The notes under the pieces: model-generated
The model's database searches: none
The model's input: the letters and a program-made list of their open reading frames with translations, nothing else
Told to the model about the DNA's origin: nothing
In this document: one piece after another, positions 1 through 12,799 of the stretch
Layout of the letters: each line of letters starts with the position of its first letter
How positions within the stretch are numbered: position 1 is the stretch's first letter
Program-made: the position numbers and the translations under genes
Assembly: GCA_965655095.1 (NCBI GenBank)
Contig: OZ296649.1
Location: 4,712,001-4,776,000 of the forward strand
From: Haplodiscus bocki
Taxonomy: Eukaryota
Reading direction: 5' to 3'
Length of the DNA stretch: 64,000 nt

Positions 1-1561
1 CTCTGCCGAACGCAATGTATTTATTGCCGCAAACTTGATGTGAAATCAAAGGGAGGACTCTGTGCAAAATTGGGCACCTCGTCACAAGATGTCAGAGGAC
101 CAACTTCAAACTCGACTCCGGATCCACCCGGAACGTGTACAACATCATCCACCGGAACGGACAGCACGCTCCTCGGAAGAATCGAACACTAATACATAAT
201 AGTCCCATGATGCCATCTTCATGTAAAAGCGCGCTAAAAACTAGCTGGTGGAAAATATGAATGGTCACTGAATTAGTCCTACAAACAACGAGCTAACGAA
301 AAGGAGGAAGGAAGACTTTTCTAATGGCAGTTCGGACGTAGTGACAAAACCCTCTAAAACAGACTCTGGAAAAAGGTTTACTGGAACCAAGGTATCTTCA
401 AGCAAGAATCTTTCAGATTGTGCGCTCTCATCTCCACGTCCATCGCCAACACCATCCACAATACTCCCCCGCTTCCATCGTGTGCATCATCCACACTTGC
501 TTACTCAGCTCCAGGAACAATCTCGCCGCCTAATTGCTCAAGCGCTCTCGTGGTACACTCCTCTCATTCTCTATCTGCTGAATTTAAATTGAGGACAAAT
601 GGGGGATCAAGGGACAACCTTCTCGCAACATCATGTTTAGCTATCGCCAACTGTCTTTCATCCATTACATGGTGGATTTATAGTTTTTTTGTTAAAAAAC
701 TAAGATAATAATATCTCAAGTCGGCCAGCAGAGACCTCAGCATGTATTTTCAATGACACATTGAAAATTGATGCTGAAATGTTCCTCATTTTCAAATTCT
801 ACATTTTCAATTTGTTTTTAAAGTATCAACTTCATTGAAGCTCACCGATTACTTGACTCCATGAATCCAATTGCTTACCGCGGGAAGATCAAAGGTTTTC
901 CAGACTGATGAAAGTTTACTGCCGCTTCCCTGTTCTTCTTCAGTCACTTATTCATGTCAACCTGTCGAACTCAGTAGTTAAACCGTAAATTTCATTTCTT
1001 TGAAAATGAGCAACAACAACTCTTTCAATTCGACAAATTCAGACTTCTTCTGTGTGGAACAATTGTCCGGCGTGCAAAGACCAAAGCGAAATAACACCCA
1101 AGAAATCCTTAAGTCCACGGAACTTTCCGGAACACACACAAGGTAAAAGATCACCATCTCGACCGTGGCGTCCCCGGCACTCCAAAAAACTGACAATCAA
1201 TTCGGACTCAAACGAGCCAACTTCCTTTCTCGCCATGGGAGGCAAGATCCTATAATTACACCCAGTTTAAACGACTTGAATCTGCCGTCTAACTACTTTA
1301 GCAATCGGGCAACGGTGGCGGTTGTACCACCTACAATGCGTCAATGCGAGGAGAGAGAAAACCCACAATCACCGGTGCCGTCAGAACTGTCATCGAGTTT
1401 AACGCCACCAATGAACATTCGTACAGCTAAAAGATGACACGTTCTACTCATAAGAGGAGCCCCGAAGAATAATCCGACTTTCAAGCCCCTCTCCTTCAAC
1501 GCCACCCAGGAAATAGAAACGGAAGCTCAGCATAAGGACGTCCTTTCCCCAAAAAAGGGAG

Positions 1562-3301
1562 TGTCGCAGCATGTCTGTGAAGACTGCGGGCAAGCGTTGA
1601 CTGAAGAAAAGGTTATCCCGGGTCACTCTACGAATAAGGATGAGACTTAACAAACACTAAACTCTATATTTATTCTTAAATTCAAAGTTCTGTATAAATG
1701 ATACGTAGCGTCCACGTAATATTCCTTTGGAAATGTGTTCAGGTAAGTGATATGTAACGTCCTCGTATCACTCCTTGGTGAATGTATTTCATGTAATTTA
1801 AACGTAGTGTCTATATATTGTTCCGGCGTATTGATCCACGTTGGTAATGAACCGCTACGGAACGCACGGTCATTTATTTATTTTTCTAATTGCCTGTTTA
1901 TATTTTAGAGCTGCTATTTTTTGAGTAACTTATGCAATAATGATCATAATACCACCATCACAACAAAGAGAGCAGTAATTAAAAACTAAATTGACAATGT
2001 CGATGAATTTGCTTAGAACAACTGCAATATATAGAGCGTGACTTTAAAAGTGAGTGTTTGTTCCGTACCTGTTCCGTCGCTATCAAATTGGTGACGTCAA
2101 ATGGAATAAATCCAAACCACTGTGCTACATTTTGGCCTTTTACTGAAGAGTTCCGTGGCCAGCCATTTCATTCATTTGAGCAGCACTGGGACAGGCAATG
2201 CTAAAAGCGAGTACCTTTTGAAACATATCGGTCAACAAAATGAAGAACCAGCTAGTAGAAAAGACGAACGGACTAGGAACAAACCTAGTTTTGCTCCAGA
2301 ACGGCATGTAAAGGATGAGCAGCAGAAATATATATAGCTTCTTTAATGTAACTATCAATTACCTTCAATATTTTATTTAGTTCGATGAATTTCATTTTTT
2401 TTCTCCAACATGGGAAAACTTTTGATCGAGTGTTTGTAATACTATTTATTGTGCCAGTGCGTGAATAAGGAATTTGATATTCTTTTCTGACGAATGAGGC
2501 CCGTGTTTTTTCCATCTGAAGATGGAAAAGACTCGGCTTATGCGGGAAGAAAATGATGGAGTGGTATTTATTTCCGGTCAGAGTCGGCATTTTTCCATTT
2601 TCAGTCAATATAATTAAAGTACTTTTCCATAATTGAACTATAACTTGGCGTGTACAAAATTATGTATTCTGCGAAGGAAAAAATTGTTAAGGGAGAGAAG
2701 AATGTATTATTAAAAGTACCATTAATTTGGTATTGCCGAACGTTACTCCCGTTTTGTATTTCAGTTCACTGTTGTTTGTTCGGGAACTGTTCCGCAATTG
2801 GAAGGAAAGCCACTTTTGTGCTACACTCAAGGATTCAAATTGAAATAAAAAACAGTCAGATTTCAACGCTGATGAATGTTTTTCCCGACGAGAATGGGAA
2901 TGGCAACTCTGAGAAACAGCAAAAAATTGGTGCTCTTAAAATAGAGAAATGTGAGGGTCTTCCTATGAGAAACCTCCAAAAAAAAGCAAATGTTCCCAGA
3001 TCACAGGAGGATTATATTTCTCGAGTCTCTGAAGAAATCCAAGATAGAATAACCAAGAAGCTGTCCAAGATATTTAGTTAGACAGAAAGCCGCAGTCTAT
3101 GTGCTATTTACCAACTTGATTAGTTTCTTCTGAACCCACTAATCCAGGTCCAATCCGGAACCACTCCAGAGACATCCAGGAAGGCACTTTGCGCAAACCA
3201 GGGACCAATTGAGGACGACTCCCAGAGTGATCCTCGTCCTGAAACGAGTGTTTCTCACAGCTAAACAACACACGTTTTCGGCCCGAGAGATGCCTACGAC
3301 A
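1562..3301 (+). repeat. Putative LTR (~1.74 kb), TGTCGC...GACA
   Basis: Starts with TGTCGCAG after a purine tract. Length matches the 1.77 kb LTRs of the intact element, and gag-like coding lies in its 3' third. The right boundary is uncertain. Confidence 0.4.
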
Positions 3302-3450
3302 TATGAAATGAGCTCAAAAGGAGATTCTTTATTGCTCCCGTGGGATTTCAGGCAAACAAAAGAAGGCGCGCTCAAGTCAGCCATATTTCCGCAAAGAAAA
3401 CACGCCTGAGACAATTGCAGCAGACCAGCTTTTGTTGGCTTTCAGCAGAA
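2860..3450 (+). pseudogene. gag N-terminal remnant
   Basis: NVPRSQEDYISRVSEEIQDRITKKLSKIFS*TESRS...LD*FLLNPLIQVQSGTTPETSR: helical/coiled-coil coding with in-frame stops, in the same position as the LTR-encoded gag start of the intact element. Confidence 0.4.
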
Positions 3451-4081
3451 CAGTGATAAAAATCCATAACTGATCTTTGTGAATGACAACCTGAATTTGT
3501 GCCATTTCCTGGAGCTAAACGGTGCGGAGCAGATCACATTGCCCCTCAGTTTCACTCTGAGGATAACACTATGTCAACCCGGAACTGTCGGGATTTTTTA
3601 TCAGTATCGGAAAGTTCCTAAAGGAAATCGTATGTAACGAAAACTTTTTGACGACTCTGTTTAGTTAAAGTAGGACAACAAATGATGCCGTCTTGGACCA
3701 CGAAAAATCCTATTCTCCCCAAATTATTCGCCATTTTGACGTCCTGTATTCCGTGATTGACTCTGGAAAGGTTGGGAAGTAGTTTCTGTGGATTGGCGGC
3801 TTTTCACTACAATTAGTCTTTACTCTGAGGCTGAAAAGTGATTTGACCATAGAAAAAAAACAACGCCCATCTCAGTAACAAAAGGTGTCCAACTTTCAAC
3901 TTTTGTTCGTTCTTGTCTATCAATATCTTCTTTTATTCTGTCTCTGACTATTCGGGAACAAAGCGGAAGAAAGGGGCGCGCATTCGGCGTTCTCCGCCTT
4001 TATAACGACATTTTGCCCATTTGGATGCCCATCATGTCAAACCTTCAGATGAGCGACTTTGAATTTTTCATCAATAAAAAA

Positions 4082-4545
4082 AGAGTGAGTCAGTCAGTTG
4101 GGGAGGGGGGCTGGTGTTGTTAGATCTTTCCATGTACAAATACAGGCTCTAGATCTTGGATACCGAGTTGAGTCTTTGACCTATGTATTAAAATAGGCTA
4201 CAGTTCGTTGGCATTATTTTAAGATAGGGCATGGTATCGACAATGTCTTAAGATGGGCTATCATTCGGTGATTTGTTCAGACAGGGGGTCCCAGTCACTG
4301 TATCAAGTTAGGAAACGTATGAAGGTAAGGATCCGGTTCAATGTAGGAAAAGAGGGATTTTGTGTGAAGATAGGAGCCCGTTCGAGTTAGGTAATGTTTC
4401 AAGATAGGGATCCGAGCCTAGGCAAGGTTCAATTTCGGATTTGTTAGACTTTCTCGAAAAGAAATCGGTTGTTTTTTCAGGGCGTACGTGGATATTCATT
4501 AAAGTGCGGACTAACTACATTGCTTGCGGATAATTTGCAACGCCT
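4082..4545 (+). repeat. Left TIR of Polinton A, with ~30-bp subterminal repeats (ATGTxTTAAGATAGGG-like)
   Basis: Reverse-complement similarity to 37485-37872: terminal motif, CCGAGTTG.GTCTT...TATGTATTAA and GTGCGGACTAA..TGCGGATA blocks. Strongly diverged. Confidence 0.75.
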
Positions 4546-4689
4546 CTAGATACTGATGCGAGTTAATGCTATGTGAAAAAAGTGTTTTAAAAACTAAAAA
4601 AACGTGATTAGAGCGTATGAAAACAGCAAAGCATTCAGTATTTGTAACCTGTAAACAGTGAAAGAATCTTCTAAACTGCCTTTATCAAT

Positions 4690-7600
4690 ACATTACGGGG
4701 TGAGTGTGTATTCCAGCTGGCTGAGTTTTTCATCCGAGTTGACAGTCATTCCTTTGTTGGCTCCTATGTGGCCACAGGATTTTGGTTTAGACCAAAACTT
4801 CTATTTGTTGACGTTACTTTTCCAACGTCTTCCAATACTTGGCAAAACTTGGATATGGGACCATCAGAACAGTCTTCAGGCGTTCTTTCATTCAAGCCTT
4901 TGCTGCCTATTTTGAATTTGTTTAATTAAGAGTCATACCAAAATTAACTTTGCTACACAGGCAAATCATTTCGCGCAGCTGAAGTTTTCAAGAAACCAGA
5001 TTCTCGTCTACTCATGCTTAGTGCCGCAGTTACCAGAAAAAAATTCGTTGTTGGATTGGCTCAGAAGTCGTCAGTACAATCTCTGCTTCGGAAAAACTTC
5101 TCACTACTTTCTCATTGTTGGTTTTATTATAGAATCAAACGAGTCTTACTCAGATAATGCTTTAAAAAAGAATCTGAGTACATCTCCATCTCTTCAAACT
5201 ACATAACACCGCAATATCTGTCTCTGAAGTTATAATACAGCTCCAGCGTTTTCAGATTTCCTTGATATAAAATAAAGAAAAAAACAACACTCATCGGTTC
5301 TTTGTGTTCACGTTTTGACTTCACAAGCTCTACTTTACTCTACTTCACACAATTGATCATTTATATAACTCAAACGCCTAAACATTTTGTTATTGATAGT
5401 TGCTTGTGTCTATTCTTAACTGAGACACTCTGTTGCTGTATGTTGACTCAGATCAAAGATTTGGTAACCATAGGAGATGTTAGCTAGGAACTTCATTGTC
5501 TCAGTCACAACAGTAGAATATGGATTCTCAACCCCACTCTCCCAGCCTTCAATGTAGACTGAACAAAGATGATCAAACATTTCATTGGAGTGTACTGCAC
5601 AAGCCGACGATATTTTTTGCAAACCAGTCCCGAATTCAAATGAAAGGGCCGCAACGGTGAAGCGATTGCTCCATTCTCCAAGAAAGAGATCGATCTAATC
5701 ATTCCTTAAAAAATCAGATGTTTTGTATAGTTTCCACCAATCACAATCGTACGTCTCCATGACCTCATAACCGTCTTCCTAATTTTTGTTTTCGTAGTTT
5801 CGTTCTTTCTTTTTACCACCCGCTGCATTTCTTAGTCAGTGGGGGATCGACGAGTTTTTTGACATACACAATAATGATAATAACAACGCATTGGCTCAAA
5901 CACAGCGTTGCAGTCTCCACAAAAGCAATCAACGCCATAAGCATCATTCATTTACTGTGTGCCATCGTGAAGGAACTTTCCACATCACACTGTGGTTTTA
6001 ATTGTTAAAATTATGACATGACCATTTTTCCAATTTTTAATTTCTTCTTTTGACGCAGTTTAATTTTGTCAATTTCAGTATCTAGCTCCCATTTTGTTTA
6101 GAAACCTATAGGTATCACTTCACACATAGAATAGGGACAAACCTGAGTGGCATCAATTCCAATAATTGCTTTGCTGCAGTTTACTGAATGAAGAATAACA
6201 GCCTTGTCCACATCAATTTTGCAAAAACAATGGATTGTCCACCAACCATGTCCCTCCTCGTGTAATTCCTCCAACATTTCTGTTTCGCTTTGTGTGAAGG
6301 GATAAAATCTCGCAATATTTGATTTGTTAAGACAACTATTTGCAAGACGTGGCTTTGTGAACCCAAGCTCCAACATTTCAATTAATTTATTGTAGTGAAA
6401 AGAACATTTTGGGCATAACCAAGAATGTTGGAACTACGTCTTTTTTGTTATACAAGCGCAAAACTTCTTTAAAGGTACACATTTTTAACTGCTCCCACTC
6501 ACTGATCAAAGGTTGATAATATTCGTGTCCAGTTGTAGGCTGTTGACTCGGTTTCAAAACCGATAACGCTTCTCTGGTTGTCATACCCCCATCTATCAAG
6601 TTTTTAATGTCTGAATAGCCATTTTCAAGAGGATTGTGATTGCGCAATTTGCTGAGGAAGGCATAATAAAGAGGAAGTTGAGTTTTGTTGAGCCTTTTTG
6701 GATTATCGAACCATTCATATGCAGAATAAGGTTTCGTCCCTGAAGTCTTGAAAGTTTTGAGGAACAAAATCAAGGCTCGTAGCAGCTGAAAGAATGTTCA
6801 CTTTATCTATCACCTGAACATTCCCAAACTTGAACGATACAAAATGATGGGCCCTTTTGGTCACTACTGGTAAGATCCTTCCTTCGTTAACGAAGAGAGG
6901 CAGTAGAAAGGTCTTCAAATTTTTTGTCAAAAACTGCGCTGTTGCAGCCAAAGACTCAAAGACTGTTGCAACGTCTTTCCAAGTGATCCTGCAAATCAAC
7001 ATGATCCATCAGTGGTTGCGTGCGACGGCGTCGTTCAGCAAGTGTGGAGAATACATGATAGAGTTTGCTCAAAACATTGGTCTCAAAACACAACAACTGC
7101 AGTTTCATCCGAGTTTTGTTCTGTGTTGCTAACCCAAAGAGAGCATCAACAAAAGACTCTTCCAAATTTTTTCGATTGAACTTGCATTGAAAAGTTAGTT
7201 CTTCAATCAAATTGAATGAAACTGATAAGGAAATTGGAACGAGCTTGTTGTATTGGAACTCAAATTGTAGTATCCGCATCGCGGAGGGTGCCTCTTTCAC
7301 ACAACTGGGTTACAAATCAAGTTTTGTCAAGATCCCAAAGAACTTCTAACTCTTCAATAACAGCGTAAGAGATACCGAACGAGTTTTTTTTGTCAAACGG
7401 TGTTTCTCGCGGTTGAAAGAAGTTCTGGTGAAAAACTTGTTTACCTCTTCTTACTCAAGTTGTCAATTGCCGCTCCAAATTTGAAGCTCTTCTCATAAGT
7501 TGACTACACGAAGGGCAACAATAGGTTTCGAAAAAGAAGTTGATATTAGAGACTAAGGTGACTATTGTAACGTAATAGTCCTGCAATCTTACAGTACTTC

Positions 7601-8700
7601 ACCAAACTTCTCGCAAGCTCACCAACCATAGATCCAACTAGAATGTCTATATCCTACAGAAAATATTGGCTTGAACAATATCTTCAACTGTTGCAAGATG
7701 TTTCATACAAACACTCAGAAAGTTAGTAGGATCAGTGGCAGCAGCTTTTTCCAAAAAAATTGAATAATTTAGAAGTTTCCTCCTCCAGTCCCTAAGTTCC
7801 AAGCAAATGCAAAACTAGAGCTCTAAAGAGACTCAAAGTATCGTATTACGGTTTTCGCTTATTTTCATCAAATGTTAAACAATTGACTGAATGATTTTTT
7901 AGACAATCTGGCAATAGAGCGCCTTTACAGCCCATGGTAACTTCTTTGAGTAATGCAGCAAAGAATGTATCATTGGTTAGGTTGTAGAAGTTCCGCTTTG
8001 TAATTCTTCGTTTTATGTGCGCAATTCAATGATATCAATTCTACTTAGGAGGGTCTTGATTGCTGACAAGTCTTCGGTATTAGCCACAAGTTAGGCCTTC
8101 CCAACAGTCTGTTAGTTTCATTTGCATAGTAAAACTGACAACTCCCATCTGTTACGTAATTGATCACAAAATGGAATGTTACACTTAGATTAGCTGCATT
8201 TAGGAGACTTTCAAATACGACATACAAAGTTTACAACCAGATTTTTTCGATCCAGAGTGGACCCAAGTAAAAACTCTGTGTCTCCCATTCTCCATCTCAC
8301 TGTCCACCAAGAAGTGTTTGTATGTTTCTGTTTCCTCTTTTAGGCTATTGTCATCAATGGTTCCCATTGCGTGAGTAACATCATCATTCTGCGCTCCTGA
8401 TCCTCTCTGTCGTCCATGCTCCTTCCGCCTAAGTTCTCATAATAAAAAAAACCTGTCAAAACATTTATCACTTCTTTTGCATTTATGAACAGTTCCAGCA
8501 GTTCTTGCAGAAGTTTTCACGTTTTTATTCAATTCGACACGGAACCTTGTTGAGAAATTGGTACAAAAAACTTGTAAAGGTTCCAGGAGAACAACTTATT
8601 TTGTGACGCCCAAGGTTAATTCGTGTAGTCTGGATATCACAAAACATACAATTAACTTTTTCGTTGCGGTTGACAAAACAAATTTCAGTGCAAACAGTTC
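4690..8700 (-). pseudogene. Protein-primed family B DNA polymerase of Polinton A, with N-terminal zinc-finger region
   Basis: Fragments in the expected order: YEWFD..LP..AF.SKL; ExoIII-like YNKKDV; VGGQSIVF; motif A GIDATQVCPYSM; motif B KFLANISYG; motif C-like EMYSDS (~5170); EMICLCSK (~4955). Many stops and frameshifts. Confidence 0.85.
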
Positions 8701-8875
8701 AAAAAGAAGAATCTGCAATAAACGTAAAGTTTGAAACAACTTGATTGTCTCATTGCAAAAAAACGGTAGAAAAGTTATGTAGCAAGTGTTACTCCATATG
8801 TTTTACCATATATGAGAAGACCATAAATTGAAACACTAGTGACAAACCCATCAAAGAATCTGTCAAAATAATGTT

Positions 8876-9480
8876 GAAGTGACGCCGTTAGGGCCCTGGC
8901 AATAACACACAACGAAACTTCAGCACAAACTACGTGAATTTAGGTTGTTTTCTTTCAACCGTTAAATTCAGTTTTTTGTTTGAGTCTTTTTAATCCAACA
9001 TTTCTATCATTAAAACAAGACAGTATCCATTAAACCTAAAACGCTATCTGGAAGTCCATGAAATGAAAGATTGGATCATTTGACCACACACAAAAAAAAA
9101 CATAGTCACAAACTCATAGAAGGCGTTTTCAATCACTTTTTCCACACAGAAGTGGAAGTGACTCCGTTAGTACCCCAATAATGATACGCGAGAGGAGGTT
9201 TAACGCATTTCCTATTTTCAGATAATAAGACAGTCCGTCTGGCAGAATTAATCAAGTTGAACTTTGATCCTGCCATCAAGCGACAAACTGTCTGTGATAA
9301 TCACTCAAGTGTGAAAATTTCCCCTGATCAGGAGACAAGTTGGGAAAATTAATCAAGTGGAACAATGATCCCCTCTGGCGACAGTCTGTCTAACAAACGC
9401 TGTCATTAGGATCAACCACTCAGCGTTGGGGCGAAGTGTTGTCTCAGAAAGTCGCTGAAGTGGAACAAACTATCTTGATA
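8876..9480. repeat. Array of short iterated motifs upstream of polB
   Basis: AATTAATCAAGT(T/G)GAAC...TGATCC at ~9247 and ~9347 plus partial copies; GACAGTC(C/T)GTCT at ~9229 and ~9380; GAAGTGAC(G/T)CCGTTAG at ~8876 and ~9156. Confidence 0.55.
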
Positions 9481-11189
9481 GGGATACGGATTGTCTGAAA
9501 TTTATTGTGGTTATCATGTTCAATTTTGTTTCAACTCTCACTCAAAAAGGCTTCCAAGAAAAAAAATTTATTGAGTTTTGCACAGAATGTGTAGCGTAGA
9601 GATTAAAGGCGTCCGAATATATAAAGTTGTCCATTTAGGTCTTTCCAGTGACCTGGGGAAACTATCAGGTTTATAAGAGCTTTAGAACAATTGCACAAAT
9701 TATTGTCAAAAGCGAGATATTTAAATGTGATTGTTCAAATAAAAAGCAATGCCGTTGCAGAAAGTCAAAAACATTAACCAACTGCAAAAATTTCACAACT
9801 ACACCACCGATAAAAGCATTTGGTAAAATTTACTGACTAGTAACAGTTGATGTCTCTCAAAAAATAAATTCCCAGTTTTTGGAAATTGTATTCGCTCTAC
9901 GAAGAACAACCAGAAGAAACTTCGGTCGAAGCGGACGCAGTTGGTCATTTCTACTGCATTATTTTCAATAATTATTAGTCGCAGCATCGAATAATACGAG
10001 ATAGCGAATGCTCCAACATTTTGCCACGAAGTTTTCCCTCTTTTGCGAGTTGAAGACGCAGCGACATTAGATCCTCCAACAACACGTAAATGTTTCTAAA
10101 AGAAAACTTGGTTGTTTGCTCGACAATATGCGTGAACTTCTAAAAGCTTTCGATCAAGCTAGCAAGATCGCCAAATCCACTGCCGAAACCCAGAATTGAG
10201 ATTGCATCTGCAAAGGAAAAAAAAAACAATTTTTTTTCTCATTGCTTTAAAGATATCATTGAACATTCAAACAGACAAAGTTGTTGAACGTTCCGTTCTG
10301 AGAACAAAAAAACCGTGCATGTTTTCCATCAAACAGTTTCAACTACAAGGTAATCAGTTCATGCTTAAGGCAATTGTCAAACTAACTATCGACAAAAGTA
10401 CCATCTAATTCAGGACCGAAATTACGTTGTATATAAGAGTGAAAAACTTGAGAGCAATTACCATGTGTAGCACAGACGATCGTGAATAATGCTTCAACAA
10501 AAGAATTTTTGAGTTTATTGGAAAGGTGGACGTTTTGAACAAAACTTCTTCCTGGATATTTTCCAAGCACAAAAACACCAATAAATCTCTCGGCAGAAGA
10601 GACAACCAATGTCCAGAATGAGCGTCTACGTGCCGGTTGTGCAAAACTTACCTTGAAAATTGAACAATATCGGTTTTTTATGTGTCACCACGGATTATAT
10701 AATTTTGAAGAGACAAAAAAATTAAAAAAAAACGTTATTGGAGTTGGCCATTGTCCTGGCAGGTTTGCAGGTTTTGTTTCAACAAAAAACAAAACAGAGA
10801 GAAATGCGAGTTTGTTGCCTGTCAAGTAACTACTCCGAGATCCATTTTTGGTTTTGGAAATTGTGGAGCCCGGTTGCTTGTTCTCAAAGCACCTTCTAAA
10901 ATACAGCAGCACGCAAAAAACATAAACACACACAAAACACGCTTCTTCTTTGCGAAAAAAAACAAGTCAGTTGAAATGGTTCAGTCTTTTTAATGTCAGG
11001 TAATTGTTGCATTTCAACTACAGTTACTGCAAGTTTTACGGGAGAAGTTCCTGGAGTTGTTGGTACCGCATGATAAAGTCTCAATTTCAAATTTAGCCTG
11101 AGAAAACGTTTTCTATCATCTCCAGTGTTCCAAATCGTCCTGGTTCGAAAAGGAAAAAATGAAAGATAAAAAGTTGAAAATTTTTTTTT

Positions 11190-11737
11190 TAAAAACATTA
11201 AAAGTGGACTGATTGGCGAAAAATTTTTCATATACAGAAACTGTTACATCGAGTAGAAGAATAAATTCTTCAAATTATAATTTCACATGAATAGGTTGTT
11301 GAAATGTTTCTTCCTCTTTCTTTCTTGCAAATTATTGGACTTTAGCATATGAACTCCCTGGCATGTCCTCATTGTCCTGGAGCATAGTCACACATGAAGG
11401 TCTGTTTGGACAATCCACGAAGTCAACCACCACATGAGCCAGTTTGAGTCGTTCATTCATGTTTTGGACATTGTTGGTATCTAAATGGGGAAAAATTGCT
11501 CTCTGCCAAAACTGCATGAAATGGTTGATATCTGACTCTCCCCTTGTAACATTTCTTACCGGTCAAATTTTTTTGTTATCACCCTCCTAGAAAACTTTGA
11601 GTCTTACATGCAAGTCGTTGGAGTCAATTTTGGACCAGGAGGATCCGTCTTCTCTCAAAATTATCCTAACATTTTCCAAAATCCACACAGTCGGTACAGG
11701 TTAACTTGTTCAAGGAGCCAATAGTGTTGTAAACCAT
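11190..11737 (-). pseudogene. Element-A hypothetical gene remnant (copy 1)
   Basis: MVYNTI...LTCTDCVDFGK...SWSKIDSNDLHVRLKVF*...ERLKLAHVVVDFVD...SSYAKVQ, broken by stops and frameshifts. Confidence 0.5.
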
Positions 11738-12799
11738 GTGTTTCGGTTGTCGGTTGTCGAGATATAACACGTGTAGCTGGAAAAAGTAAAAATGAAGTTT
11801 TACAAATTGGAAACTAGAGAATGTTTTTGAAGTTGTTGTTTGAATTTGCTTCTTTCTTAGTGATTGTCACGTGGTGTTTTCGAAATAAAGGATAAAAAGT
11901 TCGAGGGGATCTAAAATATGGAATCTTTTTCTTTTTTTGTAGTGTTGTACAAAAAAGTTTTGAATTGCTTTCCGGAGTCATTTGTTCAGAAAACGTCTCA
12001 ACATTCAGATGGCAGCTGCAAAGTTACAAGTGGGACAAAACCTAAAGCAAAATATTGAAGAAACAGTCTGTTTGTTTCTATAAACTCAAATGGAAATTTC
12101 ATTTTGACTAAAAACTACTGTATTGCCCACCACGGTGACAATATGAGCTTTCTGCCCAAATGCAGATATCACATTTTAATGTTAGGTACCGTTGAAGAGT
12201 TGCTACAAAAATTGGACGCATTGTGTTTCACTTAAAAACTTCTGGACTATCTCGTTACACTGTTCAAGTGTCGATTCAGTGGAAAAAATGTTGTCAAGAG
12301 TGGTCAAGTGTTTGATAATGTGCAAAGAGACAGTTTATTTCAACCAGTTAAACAGAGGAGTGGAACAAATGCCTAGCATTGCCGAAAAGGAACTTTTGGG
12401 GGAAAAGTACAAAACGCATTTTGTGAGCTCTTCCCAAAAGACGAAATCAACACAAAGGAGTGGATCAGCGTTTGCATGAAGTATCGAACCAGTTAGATAG
12501 ACCAAATTTGATCAACTGGTTTTATTTAAAATTGTTTATTGTTTTCTTTTTTGTAATGGAAATTGCTCAAGTAACCTGGTGACCTTTATAAAGAAACGTT
12601 TATAATTTAACGTTTTTTTGACTCCGAAAAAAGTTGCCAAATGTCTTTTGGTAGTTTAAATGTCATCACAACCGTCATCAGTCCCACAACAGTTAGGAAA
12701 CCAACAAACAGATTCCGCCAATTATGAGGGGAACAAACAGCGACACCTTTAACATCCTTTTTCCAAGTGAGACTTTTTCATGCTAGACAAGTTACAAAC

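Larger units (their letters stand above)
1..3450 (+). mobile_element. Degenerate LTR retrotransposon remnant (3' internal region + LTR + start of gag), related to the element at 45271-61017
   Basis: AAAAAAGGGAG|TGTCGCAG at 1551-1569 reproduces the GGGAG|TGTCGCAG junction of the intact element. A broken Pro/Ser-rich ORF (~1005-1610) runs into it. A gag-N-like coiled-coil coding remnant lies at 2860-3450. Confidence 0.55.
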
